Below, piece by piece: positions 1 to 12,271 of a stretch of DNA of 64,000 nt. The DNA comes from Botryllus schlosseri (lineage: Eukaryota): assembly GCA_051294905.1 (NCBI GenBank), contig CM119372.1, forward strand, positions 24,616,001 to 24,680,000, read 5' to 3'. Positions within the stretch are counted from its first letter, which is position 1. Every line of letters begins with the position of its first letter. The notes under the pieces are model-generated. The model saw nothing but the letters and a program-made list of their open reading frames with translations, made no database searches and was not told where the DNA came from. A program made the position numbers and the translations under genes.

Positions 1-333
1 TATTTTTAGATGATACACGTACTCTTTTTGTTGACACAGCCTTGGCTGGTGTATTTTGATAAAAGTCGACTCCAAGGCACACAAATGAAAGTGTGAGCGA
101 CGCTTTCCCAGTATGCGAAATCTGTCGTCTCGATAATTTTTCGCGCAGGCGGGATTATCCAACAAGTGTTTGCCAATTGCAGAATTTATGGCCTTTGATT
201 GTTCCGCATCAATCTTGAGATAATGTAATTCAATCATCCATTACGAGAGAGAGAGATGATATTCTTTTTCGCTTGCACCATCGAGATGCTTTCACGACGC
301 AGTAGCGATACGGCCCCATGAGCTCATCTAGTC

Positions 334-1966
334 TAGGGTTGCCATACGTCCGGAATTTCCCGGACATGTCCGGAATTTCACCATTAAAACTGCGTCCGGG
401 AGGAATTTCTAAAATATGCCTAAATGTCCGGAATTTTGAAGGCTTGACGTAAGCTCATAATTTTTTCGTAAATCAACCTAAACAATATTAATTTTGGGCC
501 AATTTATGCTACATGAAATTTTTCTTCGCGCTGCGTGCGATTTAGGAACACAAATTTTGAGTTTGATATGGGGACTACCACCCCTCGCAAAAACTACAAT
601 CCGAAATAAATAAAAATACCATTCATTTCAAAAAATAAGTCTAATTGTAATCGCAATTACAAAGCATCGGGATATTCATAGAATCTGTTTAGGACGTTTG
701 AATGCTCATTCAAAGATGGTGGCTCTAAACCTGGCGGTAGTATGCCTTTATAAAATTATATAGTAATATATGCAAGAACCAATATTATTGACATAATTCG
801 TTTAAATCAGGGGTGTCAAACGTACGGCCCGCCAGACGATTTCATCCGGCCCGCGAAGCAATTCTGAGTAGACTCAAAAATGATCATATTTTCCAGCACA
901 TTTGTAACAAATGTTGAGGAAATACTTCCACGTTCAACTTTGTTCATAGGCCCCATTATAACCACTCGACTACGGCGATGTAGTTTCACTCTAGTGGCCA
1001 CTAGTAAGAAGCCGGTGAAATTGACATCCAATTTCAAGACGGCAATAAGTCCACACTAAGTTCAGAACCAAAAAGTAGTTATTCCCAGAACTGACAACGC
1101 CAATGCGACACCGTTAGACGTATAGTTTGCATGGAAAATATATTAGTTGAACAAGTATATAATTGAAATATCTATGGTCGCACTGCTGTGTCATTTTCGA
1201 CCCAATCGATCCTAAACATGAGAGTAACCGGACTCGCGGTTTAATAATTGTATACCAAATTCCAACGTCCGCGTTTCCAATGAAATATCTTGTAGCCTAT
1301 TCCCTACAACGCATATGCTGGGCTAACGCCAGATTACAACTAACTGTAAGGGAGCTTAGAATATGCCAACTTATATCGTCGTTAACACCACTGTTTCAGA
1401 GGTTCTTTTGCTCAACTGTATTCAACCGGACAATCTTCGTATTCTTGATAAATCCATTGTTCGCGAATAAAAGTGTTACGACTTGGTATTTTAATAACCC
1501 TATGATTCGTGTATTATCTATATATGCTTTTACGTTATTCAAGTGAAAAGCAAGAGCACGAGGTATCATTTTGGAATCAGTTGATTGGTCCGGCTCGCGA
1601 GCGATTTGAAGGCTTGAATCTGACCCGCGACGTAATTTGAGTTTGACACCCCTGGTTTAAATCATTTAACGACCAGATGCATATAGTAAGTCCCCAGAAG
1701 TTGCATCGATTACCCTACGGTGGGCCCAAGATCAGTGTTTATTGGGACGGGAGGGGGCTGAAATAATGTGGCTTCGGCCCTCGTTAAAACTTACATCACA
1801 CAACCAGATACTCCTAAACCTGATCGTGACCACCTCTAGTCGATAGACAAGGCTTTGCTGGTGTGACGTCATATTGATCGACAATGTGCTCATACATCTT
1901 TCTAAAATCCGCTAGCGGGCGCTGAAGAGCGTCCGGAATTTGTGTCACAAAAATATGGTAACCCTA
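334..1966. mobile_element. Non-autonomous hAT-type DNA transposon
   Basis: TIRs TAGGGTTGCCATA / TATGGTAACCCTA; perfect 8-bp TSD ATCTAGTC (326-333, 1967-1974); subterminal GTCCGG repeats. A reverse copy of the left end lies at ~49850-50053. Confidence 0.9.
808..1654. mobile_element. hAT-Charlie-like MITE nested in the 334-1966 element
   Basis: TIR CAGGGGTGTCAAAC / GTTTGACACCCCTG; perfect 8-bp TSD GTTTAAAT (800-807, 1655-1662). Confidence 0.92.
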
Positions 1967-2869
1967 ATCTAGTCTGGCAAGGAGGCTATGCAAGTATGCA
2001 AGTGTAGCGACCCCGTTACGGTGTATACCGGTAGCAATAACGGGGATCGCGGCTGTGTTACTGGGCTCGGGACCTCGTCTCTTTGCAACTGCCGCCTGCT
2101 CAAAAGTCACTTACAATCACGGCATAACCGACAACACCACAAGTCTATGCGGTTATAAGATCATATTGATACGACACAAGAAACTCATAATAACGATGCT
2201 CACGGACACATATAACGGAACCCAGACGATCTATAACTCCTATACGATACACACTGCACATGAAACTGTAACAAAACTCCACACAAGCCTCACGCACACA
2301 TAGCCATCAGCCTAAACCTAGCCCAGCAGCAGCCTTGTCATCTACAAGCTAGTACGAACTACCAACGGGGCAACATCACTCCCTAGGTGCTCGCGCAGCA
2401 CCGTCAGTGACTAGGCCGTGCCCCAGCCAACCATCCGCGCAGAGATTCCGACCGGTACGTCCAACTCAAGCCCGCCAATACAAGACCAACTACCTGCTAC
2501 TTCACACCCTAACTGTCTCATACTACAACTACTTCACGCTGCTGCCCCCAACTACTAATACTTCACGCGAACAAACACAGAGACATACTCACTCGCATCC
2601 ATCTTCAGCCACGCTCTCATCCAACTCTCTCCTCAACCAACAACCTTCTCTCAACTCAGTCAACACGCGGTCTCCAGCCATACCACGCGCAACAATATTC
2701 TAAACGGCAAATATAGAACATTCTGGAAACCTCGGGTTTCCACACAAGTACCAACATTATTGACCGAAGTGCATTCACTAAATTTCAAATACTTTTCCGC
2801 CACGAGCGAGTCGAAGAGAAATGCACATTGATTTTTACTAGGATGGCGATTTCGGTGCCTCCACATTTT

Positions 2870-3258
2870 TAGAAAATTGAAAATATCCTCCGAGGACGCC
2901 TAAATGTCCTCCTTTTCGGCAATTCGTCCTTCTTTACAGCTTTTACAGCAAGGGTAATGGACAGTGTCAACTGAAAATCAGCATAAATGACGCGAAATAG
3001 CTAATGATGACGTTCGAGCGGGTCATTCGTGAGTCGAATCAGAGCGATAACCCTTTTTTCGTCTTTTTTGTCAACACCACAGACGCATCGAAAAAAGTGC
3101 GTAATTCTGGAGTCGAGTCAAAGTGATTGCCTTTTTTGGTTACCAAAACAAGATTTCCAGTAAATATTTCAAAAGCAGCTGTTTCAATCTCGATAAACTA
3201 ACTTTTATGCTATGTTACAAGTGTCCTCCTTTCCCGATTCCAAAATATGGTAACCCTA
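2870..3258 (-). mobile_element. Fragment of a second TAGGG-terminated hAT family
   Basis: Ends CCAAAATATGGTAACCCTA. Homologous segments in the opposite orientation at ~25818-26215 and ~26779-27045, and a same-orientation end at ~50395. Confidence 0.65.
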
Positions 3259-3572
3259 ATATATCATACGAAGCAAAAATCTCGAGCACCAAACGGCCAC
3301 GTAGAGAGTGATAGGATGTTACAATTAAAGTAATTTCGATCAGAAATGCTATTATTACTGTTAAATTATTTTGTTTCTCAAAATAAAACGCTCACAGTGT
3401 AGAACAGTCCAAGGTTCGTTTGCCAACACGAAATTCGAGTATATCGAGGTTCGCACGACGAATATAAACGTGAACGGAACTTTCATATAGATCGTACTCG
3501 GGTAAATTGCTAGGTAATTTCGTAATACAGGTTGCGTAACAGTGTTTGCATAAGACATATAGCTGTAATTGC

Positions 3573-3724
3573 GGGTGACGTAGCGCAGTGGTGAGCATCG
3601 GCGCCCATCCAAGCAGGTGGCCTGGGTTCGAATCCCGCCGCCGTCGGCGGCTATTCTGCGCTTCTCGGCCCTGGTGTCGCTGTTCTTACGGCGACAAAAC
3701 AAGCTAACAAAAATAGCTCACTCA
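3573..3724 (+). mobile_element. tRNA-derived SINE
   Basis: Pol III A box TAGCGCAGTGG and B box GGTTCGAATCC; anticodon arm does not pair; non-tRNA body with a simple-repeat tail. Confidence 0.7.
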
Positions 3725-4549
3725 CAAAGAATCTGTTCTTACATCGCATCGTGTGCCTTGTAATTCGCATTGTACGTTATGTGTGTATTGGGCAGATGAA
3801 AATATAATCGGACTTTTGATTGAATGATTGAATTGTAATTCTTACTTTCAAGCTGGATTTCAAGCCAAATCAGGATTTGATTTGGTTCTAAAGTTACAAA
3901 TTGATTTAAGATCGACTTTCGAGTCAACACAAGGAAGATGTGGACGTATAGCGCCAAGGACCAGATATATTCTTCAGACGTACTGGTGGTGATAGAGTAT
4001 GTAGTGTGTGCTCAATGTTAAGTTTGTTGTTATAGAGGTATTCATGAATCATGGTGTGGAGACTGCATTGGTCATTTTACAACCGCAGGCCGATATCATA
4101 TATTTTATTTTCCTACCTGCCGACTTATATCGGGGATCACTTCTAAGCTTTTGCAAGATACAGTTCACCACGGATGAGGTGGCGAGGATTTTACTATTGT
4201 TACCTCAGCGATTAGCCAATGTAGGCTCCATTCAATGAAAGATTTTGTGATATTGTTACAGGACGAGGGTCCATTGACGGCGAAAGATCATCTGAAACAG
4301 CTAAACCGCAAGTTCCAGAGCTCGCGGTTGGCGCCGAACGGCGGGAATTTGGTATTTCTGGTAAATCGGTGCAATGGTGAGTAAGTGTCCAGTGAGTGCT
4401 ATTGTCTGTTGCATATTCATACAAACAATAACACTTCTGGAGGTGGAGAATATCATTAAATATCTACTCTTCTAATATGCCTTAGCCCAAAGGTAAAAAT
4501 CTTTGTAAGATACTTTCCAACCAAGACCCATCTTCCAAGTGATTTCCAA

Positions 4550-4978
4550 GTGATGAAAATGGTTTGTTACCAAGGGAAAAAGTGAAAATGGTTTGTTGCT
4601 CTATGAAAAAATAGATTTCCAAAAGAAAATGGTTCGTTACTCTAGGAAAGGATAGAACCCAAAGTGAAATGTATTGTTACTCTGAGTAAACGATAAATCC
4701 TCAAAGGAAAATGTTATTTTTACTCAGGTAAACGCTGAATCTCCAGGTGAAAATGTATTGTTACCCAGGGAAAAGATAGATTTCCAAACGAAAATGGCTT
4801 TGTTACTCTAGGAAACGATAGACCGCCAAGTGAAAATGTCTTGTTACTCTGGGTAAACGATAGATCTCCAAAGGACAATGGTGTTTTTACTCAGGTGACG
4901 GCAGACCTCCAAGTGAAAATGGTAATTTTACGCAGGTAATTGGCAGTCTTCCAAACGAAAATGATATTTTTACTTGGG
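4550..4978. repeat. Degenerate ~42-bp minisatellite, about 10 units
   Basis: Recurrent unit close to GTGAAAATGGTTTGTTACTCTAGGAAACGATAGATCTCCAA, head to tail. Confidence 0.85.
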
Positions 4979-6239
4979 TAGGTATCATGTGTTCAACGTT
5001 GGTAGTGTGATCGGTCTTGTTAAACGCAGTTGTCGAGTTGTACAATACACCTTTCGTGAGTATACAATTACGAATGGGGGGGGGGGGAATGAAAATTTTA
5101 TTACCACTGTAAGAAGGTTGTTGTATGTTAATTTGATTCGTCGGGCCAGTAACCCTATCATTCGCATATGACAAACAAAATCATTACCGTGAATACACGT
5201 AAATGGCTCGCTCGGTCTCGACCAATGTAAAATAAATGGTTTGTTTTGAAACCGTAACCAATACCACGTGTAAGTCGATGCGATTTCAACCTCCGTGCAT
5301 TCAGCCATGTCGAGTCCATTTTAATACGGGTCCGCAGGTGCAAAACACACACTAACATCGTAAACAGAAAACGATGATTTTGATACAGAATAATAAACAT
5401 ATTTCCCAGCTACATGTTCAACTAAATCGGAATTACGATGTTGTAGAAAGTAAATAATTTTATTGAGTTGTGTGTGTTTGACGAAAGTGAGTGATTACAA
5501 ATATGTGTTGGAGAAAGAAAATTTATTTTTCTGTGTGTCACAGTTTGGGATAAAATTAAAATCGATTGTTAGTTTTAATTGGATTGTGATTGTGTCGTTC
5601 AAATGTATGGCTCAACACGGAGACTTGACGCTGAAAAACAATTCGATTCACAAAACATACCCATAAAAAAATTTGTCACTGGTGTGTAAAGGGATAGGAA
5701 TATTTTTAATATAGTTCCATCTACTGCTTGTTTTTTTTTGTGAGATCAATCATGTCATGACTCAGCACTTTTCATTAGCAAAGTAGATTGATTTGCGTGT
5801 AAGATGTCAGGACCGTGACTAGAAAACATCTTTACTCTGTTGTTGGAGTAGCTGATTTATTGCTATGACATTGACAGAACCCTCGGGTAGTGACTATGCT
5901 TTTCTTTAACAAATGTTTACGTGGTTCGTTGTAATAGATTTGTGTTAACAAAACTCGGATAGATACCGCAATTGTGTTGGATTTACGCATGTTATTCACT
6001 TACTGTACACATACAAACTTTTGTGTAAACAACTCTGATGTTTCTGCAAGTACTAGTTCTGTGTTGAACTATTTGAATAGTAAGATTCACGAACATCCAT
6101 TCATACAATGAAGCTCTTGAGATATCGAAATAGTTTGAAGCGGCACCAATCATTGCACAGGTCCGTAGCATGGAAATATAACATAACATAACATTGTTGG
6201 GTTATTATTTTTATCTGAACAAGTCACACACAATGTACA

Positions 6240-6570
6240 ATGCGATAAGACACAATGCGATGTCATGAGCAGATAGGAGGATGTCGAACGACACGTATCA
6301 GTAGCGATCCTTTACTCTAACATCCACCTCGGCCTAGAGTGCCCGATGTTACAGTTCTTTTCGATGTTGATCTTCTTTGAAGCCGGGTCCTATTCTACTA
6401 GTTCTTTCCATTCCTTGTGAGTTCTTTCTGTAGTCGGGTCTTTTACTGGGCTTTTTTGTCGCCGTAAGAATGGCAACGGCGGGGGAAGAGGAGCCCAGAT
6501 AAACCTCCGACGGGAATCGAACCCGGTTCGTCTGCGTGCTGGGCGAAATATCGAGCGAAAATTGCGTGTG
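6240..6570 (-). mobile_element. Probable tRNA-derived SINE
   Basis: Minus-strand B box GGTTCGATTCCCG near 6512-6524; ACAAT-type simple tail near 6230-6260. Boundaries approximate. Confidence 0.45.
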
Positions 6571-8907
6571 ACATGAATATCTTTCATATGTCTTTGGTCA
6601 GAAATGAGTTGTGTGGGATAATCATACACATTTACACAACCTACAAAAGGTAAACTTGTCGCGTTTGATTGCCTACTTTTTATCGATGTCTTTGTGATGA
6701 GTTTACATTCAAATATAGTAACTAGTAAGCGGAGCAACTCAGGTAATGAATTTTACTCATTTGAAAATCGATAACGGGAAAAATACCGATCAATGAAGCA
6801 ACAGTATCAAGATGAGTGGTATATTATTTTTCGTGATATACAACCAATCCTCTAAGCATACCTTTTCAAAAATTCGTCATGTCATAGAGAATTCGGTTGT
6901 TACGAATTCGAACAAATGTACTTCTTTTATCACGATAAAGGGAATTAGGATCAAGGCAGTATTTCCGAAGTGGATGTGTATCGTTTGGTATGTTCAGCAA
7001 TCACTAAATGACAAAAATATCAAACTGTGCATACAACTCGGTTAGTTAAACGATACAGTTACATGTCGGATGTAATCTTGATTTACAGATGACAGCTTGA
7101 TGATGTAAAGCTCAACCACTCCAGCCTGTTTATTGCAAAGTATTTGACACAAATAAAATATTGAATGATGACCCACACTTTGGTTTCATTACCAGGTGAA
7201 TGAAATTTTTTTTCTTCTGCTGGCCAGATATGATTTACATCTACAAACAATCTACATCAATTAAGTGACACTGCTTAATATACGTCGACTGAGTAAAAAT
7301 TCTTAGGGCTTGATTCAGTGAGTTGTTAGGGATTCAATCACATACAAGTAAGGAACTTTAGCGACTGAGTATTGTGATGACATTTACTTTAGCGAATAAC
7401 AACGGAAAAATGACCGATTTATTTGGTCGAGTGTGTTTTACAAATCATTCTAGTACGCCTAACTATAGGACACATGTAGCAAATATCGTACAAATTGTTT
7501 CTTTGCGATGGTAACGACTTTCAGCGGCTTGATTTCATGTCGGGAATTATTTTTTGATGGTTAAAATGACATTTTCAATAAATCGAATGAACAATAATAC
7601 AAAACACGTTTAGCACATTACGGTGTCACAAGTACTTCTGCGACATTACGAGTATTGTGCACTAGACAACTCCAGTTGAATAGGATGCGTTATCAAACAT
7701 ATTCCAATTTGCTTTTGGACTGATCAAAGTCTTAGAATGTAACCTCGCGATATGTTACATTTAGCACGTTCTACAGAGAGTGCGGGTGGAATTTAGTATT
7801 AATCGTGTGCTTGGGGTAATGCTTTGATATCAAAGTGATATTTTCACACTGTGTAATGTGCGTATGTTTCAATTCTCTGTTGCGAATTTCGACAATAACG
7901 ACATTGATGTTAGATCCTCACCCCTGGTTATTGTAAATGAATCCTAAACATCGCAACAGTCGGTCTGGAAATCGAACGCATGCGTACTTTTAGATAGGCG
8001 ACACTAACAAGTTTATTACATTCGTGAAATACTCAGAAACGTCGATTCGTGATTGTGCTAGCTTGATTCATCCTCTATACCCGTGGACACAAAGATATCT
8101 TAACTTTGGTTACAACTCATTCGAAACGAATTGTCGCGTGCAATCTAAAAGAGCACTTGTCGAAGACGAATGGTTTGATTTTAATCAACTAAAAAGTTCT
8201 TTTGTTTTGATGTTGGGTTTAATACAATTTGTATGACTATAACGAATCCGATTCCAAAAGTGAAATGTTACTTTAAAGAAAAAGTTTGACGACTTGTAGT
8301 CTGATATTGATAGATGTGTAGAGTAATATGACTAGTTTATAAAATCTCGGTAATGTTTTTGTCACGTCTGTGCTATCATCAATCAAATATGTGATTTGTT
8401 TCAAGTCTTACGATTCGATATTAACTTTCACAGTCGGTATAAAAACGAAAGTTCATTGAAATAGAATACTCAGGAGTTCAACAATATTCTCTATCGATGC
8501 ATTCAAATAATCCGTCAGCTACAAGTGAATTTAAAACTTGATGCTGTTTTGTGGTTAACTCAAGTCAGTGACCGTGTTTGGGTTGATTTCAGGAATGATC
8601 ATGACGAGTTGGCCGGGTAAATTAGTTAATGTGGTTGTAACCATGACCGTAAAGAGTTGCTGACATTCCAATATCTTTTACGCTGTCATATATGGATTCA
8701 ATTGTGATAATTTAATTCTCAGTTATTGTTCAGACATTCAAATCTCGTATACTCAAAATATAATAGGTTTATGTCAAATCGCGTATATGCACCGATTAGT
8801 AAATACTTTGTCTTACAGAATAGTATAACGACCTTTACAGTTGAATAAAAAGACCGGTCATATGAATACAACCAAGACGAATTAATTCAAGTTTGCGAGT
8901 TGTAGTG

Positions 8908-9328
8908 TTATAATCAAGTAAGTGAAAACTATATTTTTAACACCGGTTAATGTTATGAATAATTCTTTTGAGTATGGTAAGATGTTAAAATTTCTCTTTG
9001 ACAAACGGAAAGCCAGATCGTGAATAGAGTTGTAATGTTTCATTACTTGTTTCAAATCAATTTGCGTATAATATCGAAATGGTACTTGAAAAGATGGTAG
9101 TCATGTTTGTCAATCTATTTCAATTCAGACTATGTTAAAGTCGAGACATTTCATTTTGGATTGTCGTGATGTAATCAAGTAAGTGAAAACTAGATTTTTA
9201 GCACTTGTTAATGTTGTGAATAATTCTTTTGCGTATGGTAAGATGTCAAAATGTCTCTTTGACAAACCGAAAGCCGGATCGCGAATAGAGTTGTAATGTT
9301 CCATTACTTGTTTCAATTCAATGTGCGT
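8908..9328. repeat. Local direct duplication of ~160 bp
   Basis: TAATCAAGTAAGTGAAAACTA...CATTACTTGTTTCAA occurs at ~8910-9068 and ~9172-9328 with scattered substitutions. Confidence 0.85.
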
Positions 9329-9835
9329 GTAGCGGTCGCTGCAACGACTTGTTGCAAGACACGCTGGTATAGTGCTTGATTGGAGTCGACGCTACAGCTA
9401 CAGTTCCCGTTGTGCGCACTAGTCACTGACTAATGACCGCTCTGAGTATACTCTTGCAATCCTGATCACACACGCATATCCAAGGAGCTTTCTTTAATAG
9501 CACAGAACAGCCAAATAGTAGTAAGTAGTGGTCAGAAACTTGTAGATTTACCAGGTTCAAATCATACTGCAATATATTAACGAATATAGAAAGAACAAAG
9601 TTAGATGTACCTAATTGCCTGTATACGACTCTGTGACTTAAGAGTGAGCACGCCCGCTACGGCGCTACAATGGCGATCTGGCGATCTCTCAAAGCACGTG
9701 CTTCGCAGACTACTTTATCGATACGAGAATCCTATTTCAATTCACACTACGCCGAAGTCGAAATATTTTGTTTCGGATTATCTCAATTTACCTATAAAAA
9801 GATTTCGCGAATGGATTCCGACACCGTGCTATAAC

Positions 9836-10300
9836 TGGATAGCTATGTCTGATGCATTATCCTGTCAGCGACGTAGGGTTTTACAATTATTTCACACCTT
9901 TTTGAATAAGCGTCAACTTCGCAAAGGATTAGGGTTGGATCAGAAATAAGCGAGAATTTGTCGGTATTGGAATCACCGTCTGCAACAGTTCTGTTATTCG
10001 TTACTTATTAAATCTTACCAATGAAATCCAGTTCTGTGACATACTGATTACCAAAATATTACATTGCGAGCGATCGGTATGTATGTAACAGAAAGTCACG
10101 AGTGATCGCTATGTCTGAGGTGTTATCTTGTCAGCGATCGCGGGATTTTCAACCTATTTCACACCTGTTTGAAGTGTTAGTTTGTGTACGCGGTTATTGT
10201 TGGTATTCGAATCGCCGTCTACGCCGGCTCTGTGATCGATTAATTACTAAAATATTACCACGCGAGTGATTCCTAGATTTAGCAAACTATTTCACACCTT
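9836..10300. repeat. Diverged local direct duplication
   Basis: GATAGCTATGTCTGA...TATTTCACACCT...GGTATT.GAATC.CCGTCT at ~9838-10020 and ~10103-10260; partial third copy near 10287. Confidence 0.7.
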
Positions 10301-10314
10301 TTTTTCTGAAAGTA

Positions 10315-10782
10315 CGACATGTCGCCGTGCCTATTTCAACGACATTAGCATACGACCGCGCCCATAAGAATAACGATATATCGAAGTCGCACTCACCGTA
10401 AACATTAGGATCAACTCGAATCGGTCATATATAATAATTTGGGATATACACATTAACTAAGGACCAATCACGTGACTATTTACCATATCTCATACATATT
10501 CAATAACACCATGTCGACGATGACCACAGTTCAAATGTTAGCATGCCGCCGAAACATTACTTCTTCGCCACGCCCCTATAACTGAAACGTTAGCATGTCG
10601 CCGCACGTATACCTAAAACATTAGCATGCCACCCCGGTTTTCACGTTAGCTTGCCGCCGTAGCCTATACCCGAAAACGTTAGCATGCGACCGATCCCTAT
10701 CTCCGTAACGCTATCATGCATGGGGGTCAAAAGGGTCACCATGGCACCACGAGTTTCGCGTTAGCATGCGGTCGCGCCCATA
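10315..10782. repeat. Imperfect tandem array built on (CG)TTAGCATG(C/T)CGCC...CCCTAT
   Basis: TTAGCATGC-like core recurs about 7 times at irregular 25-80 bp spacing. Confidence 0.65.
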
Positions 10783-12271
10783 AGCCACAATGGCACACCA
10801 CCAGCGATCATAATAACTACGGACGTAAGGTGGTGGCTTTTGCGTGTATTATTCTCTTAATCTTCCCTCTAATAGCCGCAAAGAAGCTCCAAGTATTTCA
10901 CAACGAGAGGCCAGTGCCGTTACCTCTGAAAAATCCAGTTAGTGATGGCATGTTGGACTTGGAAACGGCATTGGAGTACTTCGGCTATAATGACCCGAAT
11001 GATTGCAACTGGGACGATATCTGCTCACTGGATCGGGTCACAACCACCTCCACCACAACCTCCGCTATCTACGAAACAACTGTCCAAGGGTAATAATGTG
11101 TTCATAAATCCAGTAATACGTGACCCATGCAGTCATCTGATAACTTGTATTTTTTCGATTTTGCAGGATAGGCTCATCACGTACAGAATCTGGACCAAAC
11201 AAGACACTTAAAGAGACAATATTGGATATTCTGTCCATTTTTAGGGATGCCTTTATGCACTATACGACTAACATTAACATGTATGATTTAAAGCAATGAT
11301 TTTCAATCTTTTTGAGAGCCATCCGCAATTTAATTTTGCAAATTTCATCCAAATAAACCAACCGGAATCCTCATCAAAAAAGAAAATGAAGAGAGAGAAC
11401 ACTCGTGTATTAAATGTCGAACAAATGGGCTACAGGGTTATCAATTACGCTGTTCATGCTGAATATTTCTGGCAATTTCAGGCCAGTTAGACCCATCTTC
11501 AAAGTCCCCCTCATTGGGCCACCAAGTGCCTGATCGTAAAGGAAACTCCGCTTCCTCGTTTTGACGTCAACTAATGCATTGGGCTTTAGCCCCTTTCGGC
11601 TGAAAAAGTTGTGGGGTTTTGTACAAGACGTTTTAGTGCGGTGAGGTCGTTAGACTCGGATTCGAACCACACTTAACTATAGGTAATCTCACTAGGGGCT
11701 GGCGTGATACCGTAATTATTGTGAAAGTTACGATCTGCGTTGTTCGAAAAGTTGTTAAAACTTATTTGAATTATTCCACGTCAGAAAAAGTAAATTATAT
11801 CTACAACTTTCATCCGCACCTCAGCCGCACCACGTTTGTAAACCAATCTGCCTTTTTTCACCCGCTCAAGTGCGTACCATCCCACTGATCGTAACGTATA
11901 GGTATGGTGCGTATCCCTGAAAGGTTCTGGTTCGTTTGAACGCGAACCTTTTTAGAGGTTCTATGTGAACGTGAACGTGAACGTGAACACGAACCTATGG
12001 TGTCACTTGACGTCATATTGCAAATGGCAACCGTACCTCTCAGTGAAGTAATATATTATTGTAACGATGCCTAGCGACGACTCAGGCCACATTATGCCTC
12101 AATGCAGGATGAAATTTCAAGCATCACCATATGCTCAACATGAACAATCAAATTCTATATACTAATTCCATGAAATCGATATCTTCCGTCGCTGTGACAG
12201 CAATTTCGAGTAAGGGAATGTAGGCTTACACAATATTGGTCTAGGCTACAGCGTTCAAGGTGTTCTTAGGC

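Noticed and set aside
3573..3650. tRNA gene
   Set aside because: A and B boxes are present, but the anticodon arm does not pair, the acceptor stem has mismatches and a SINE-like body follows.
4262..4376. Isolated exon-like segment (TTACAG...GTGAGT)
   Set aside because: Splice-like signals and an open frame exist, but there is no recognisable protein and no partner exons.
4550..4978. CRISPR-like periodic array
   Set aside because: The whole ~42-bp unit is repeated with degeneration, there are no unique spacers or cas genes, and the context is eukaryotic; it is a minisatellite.
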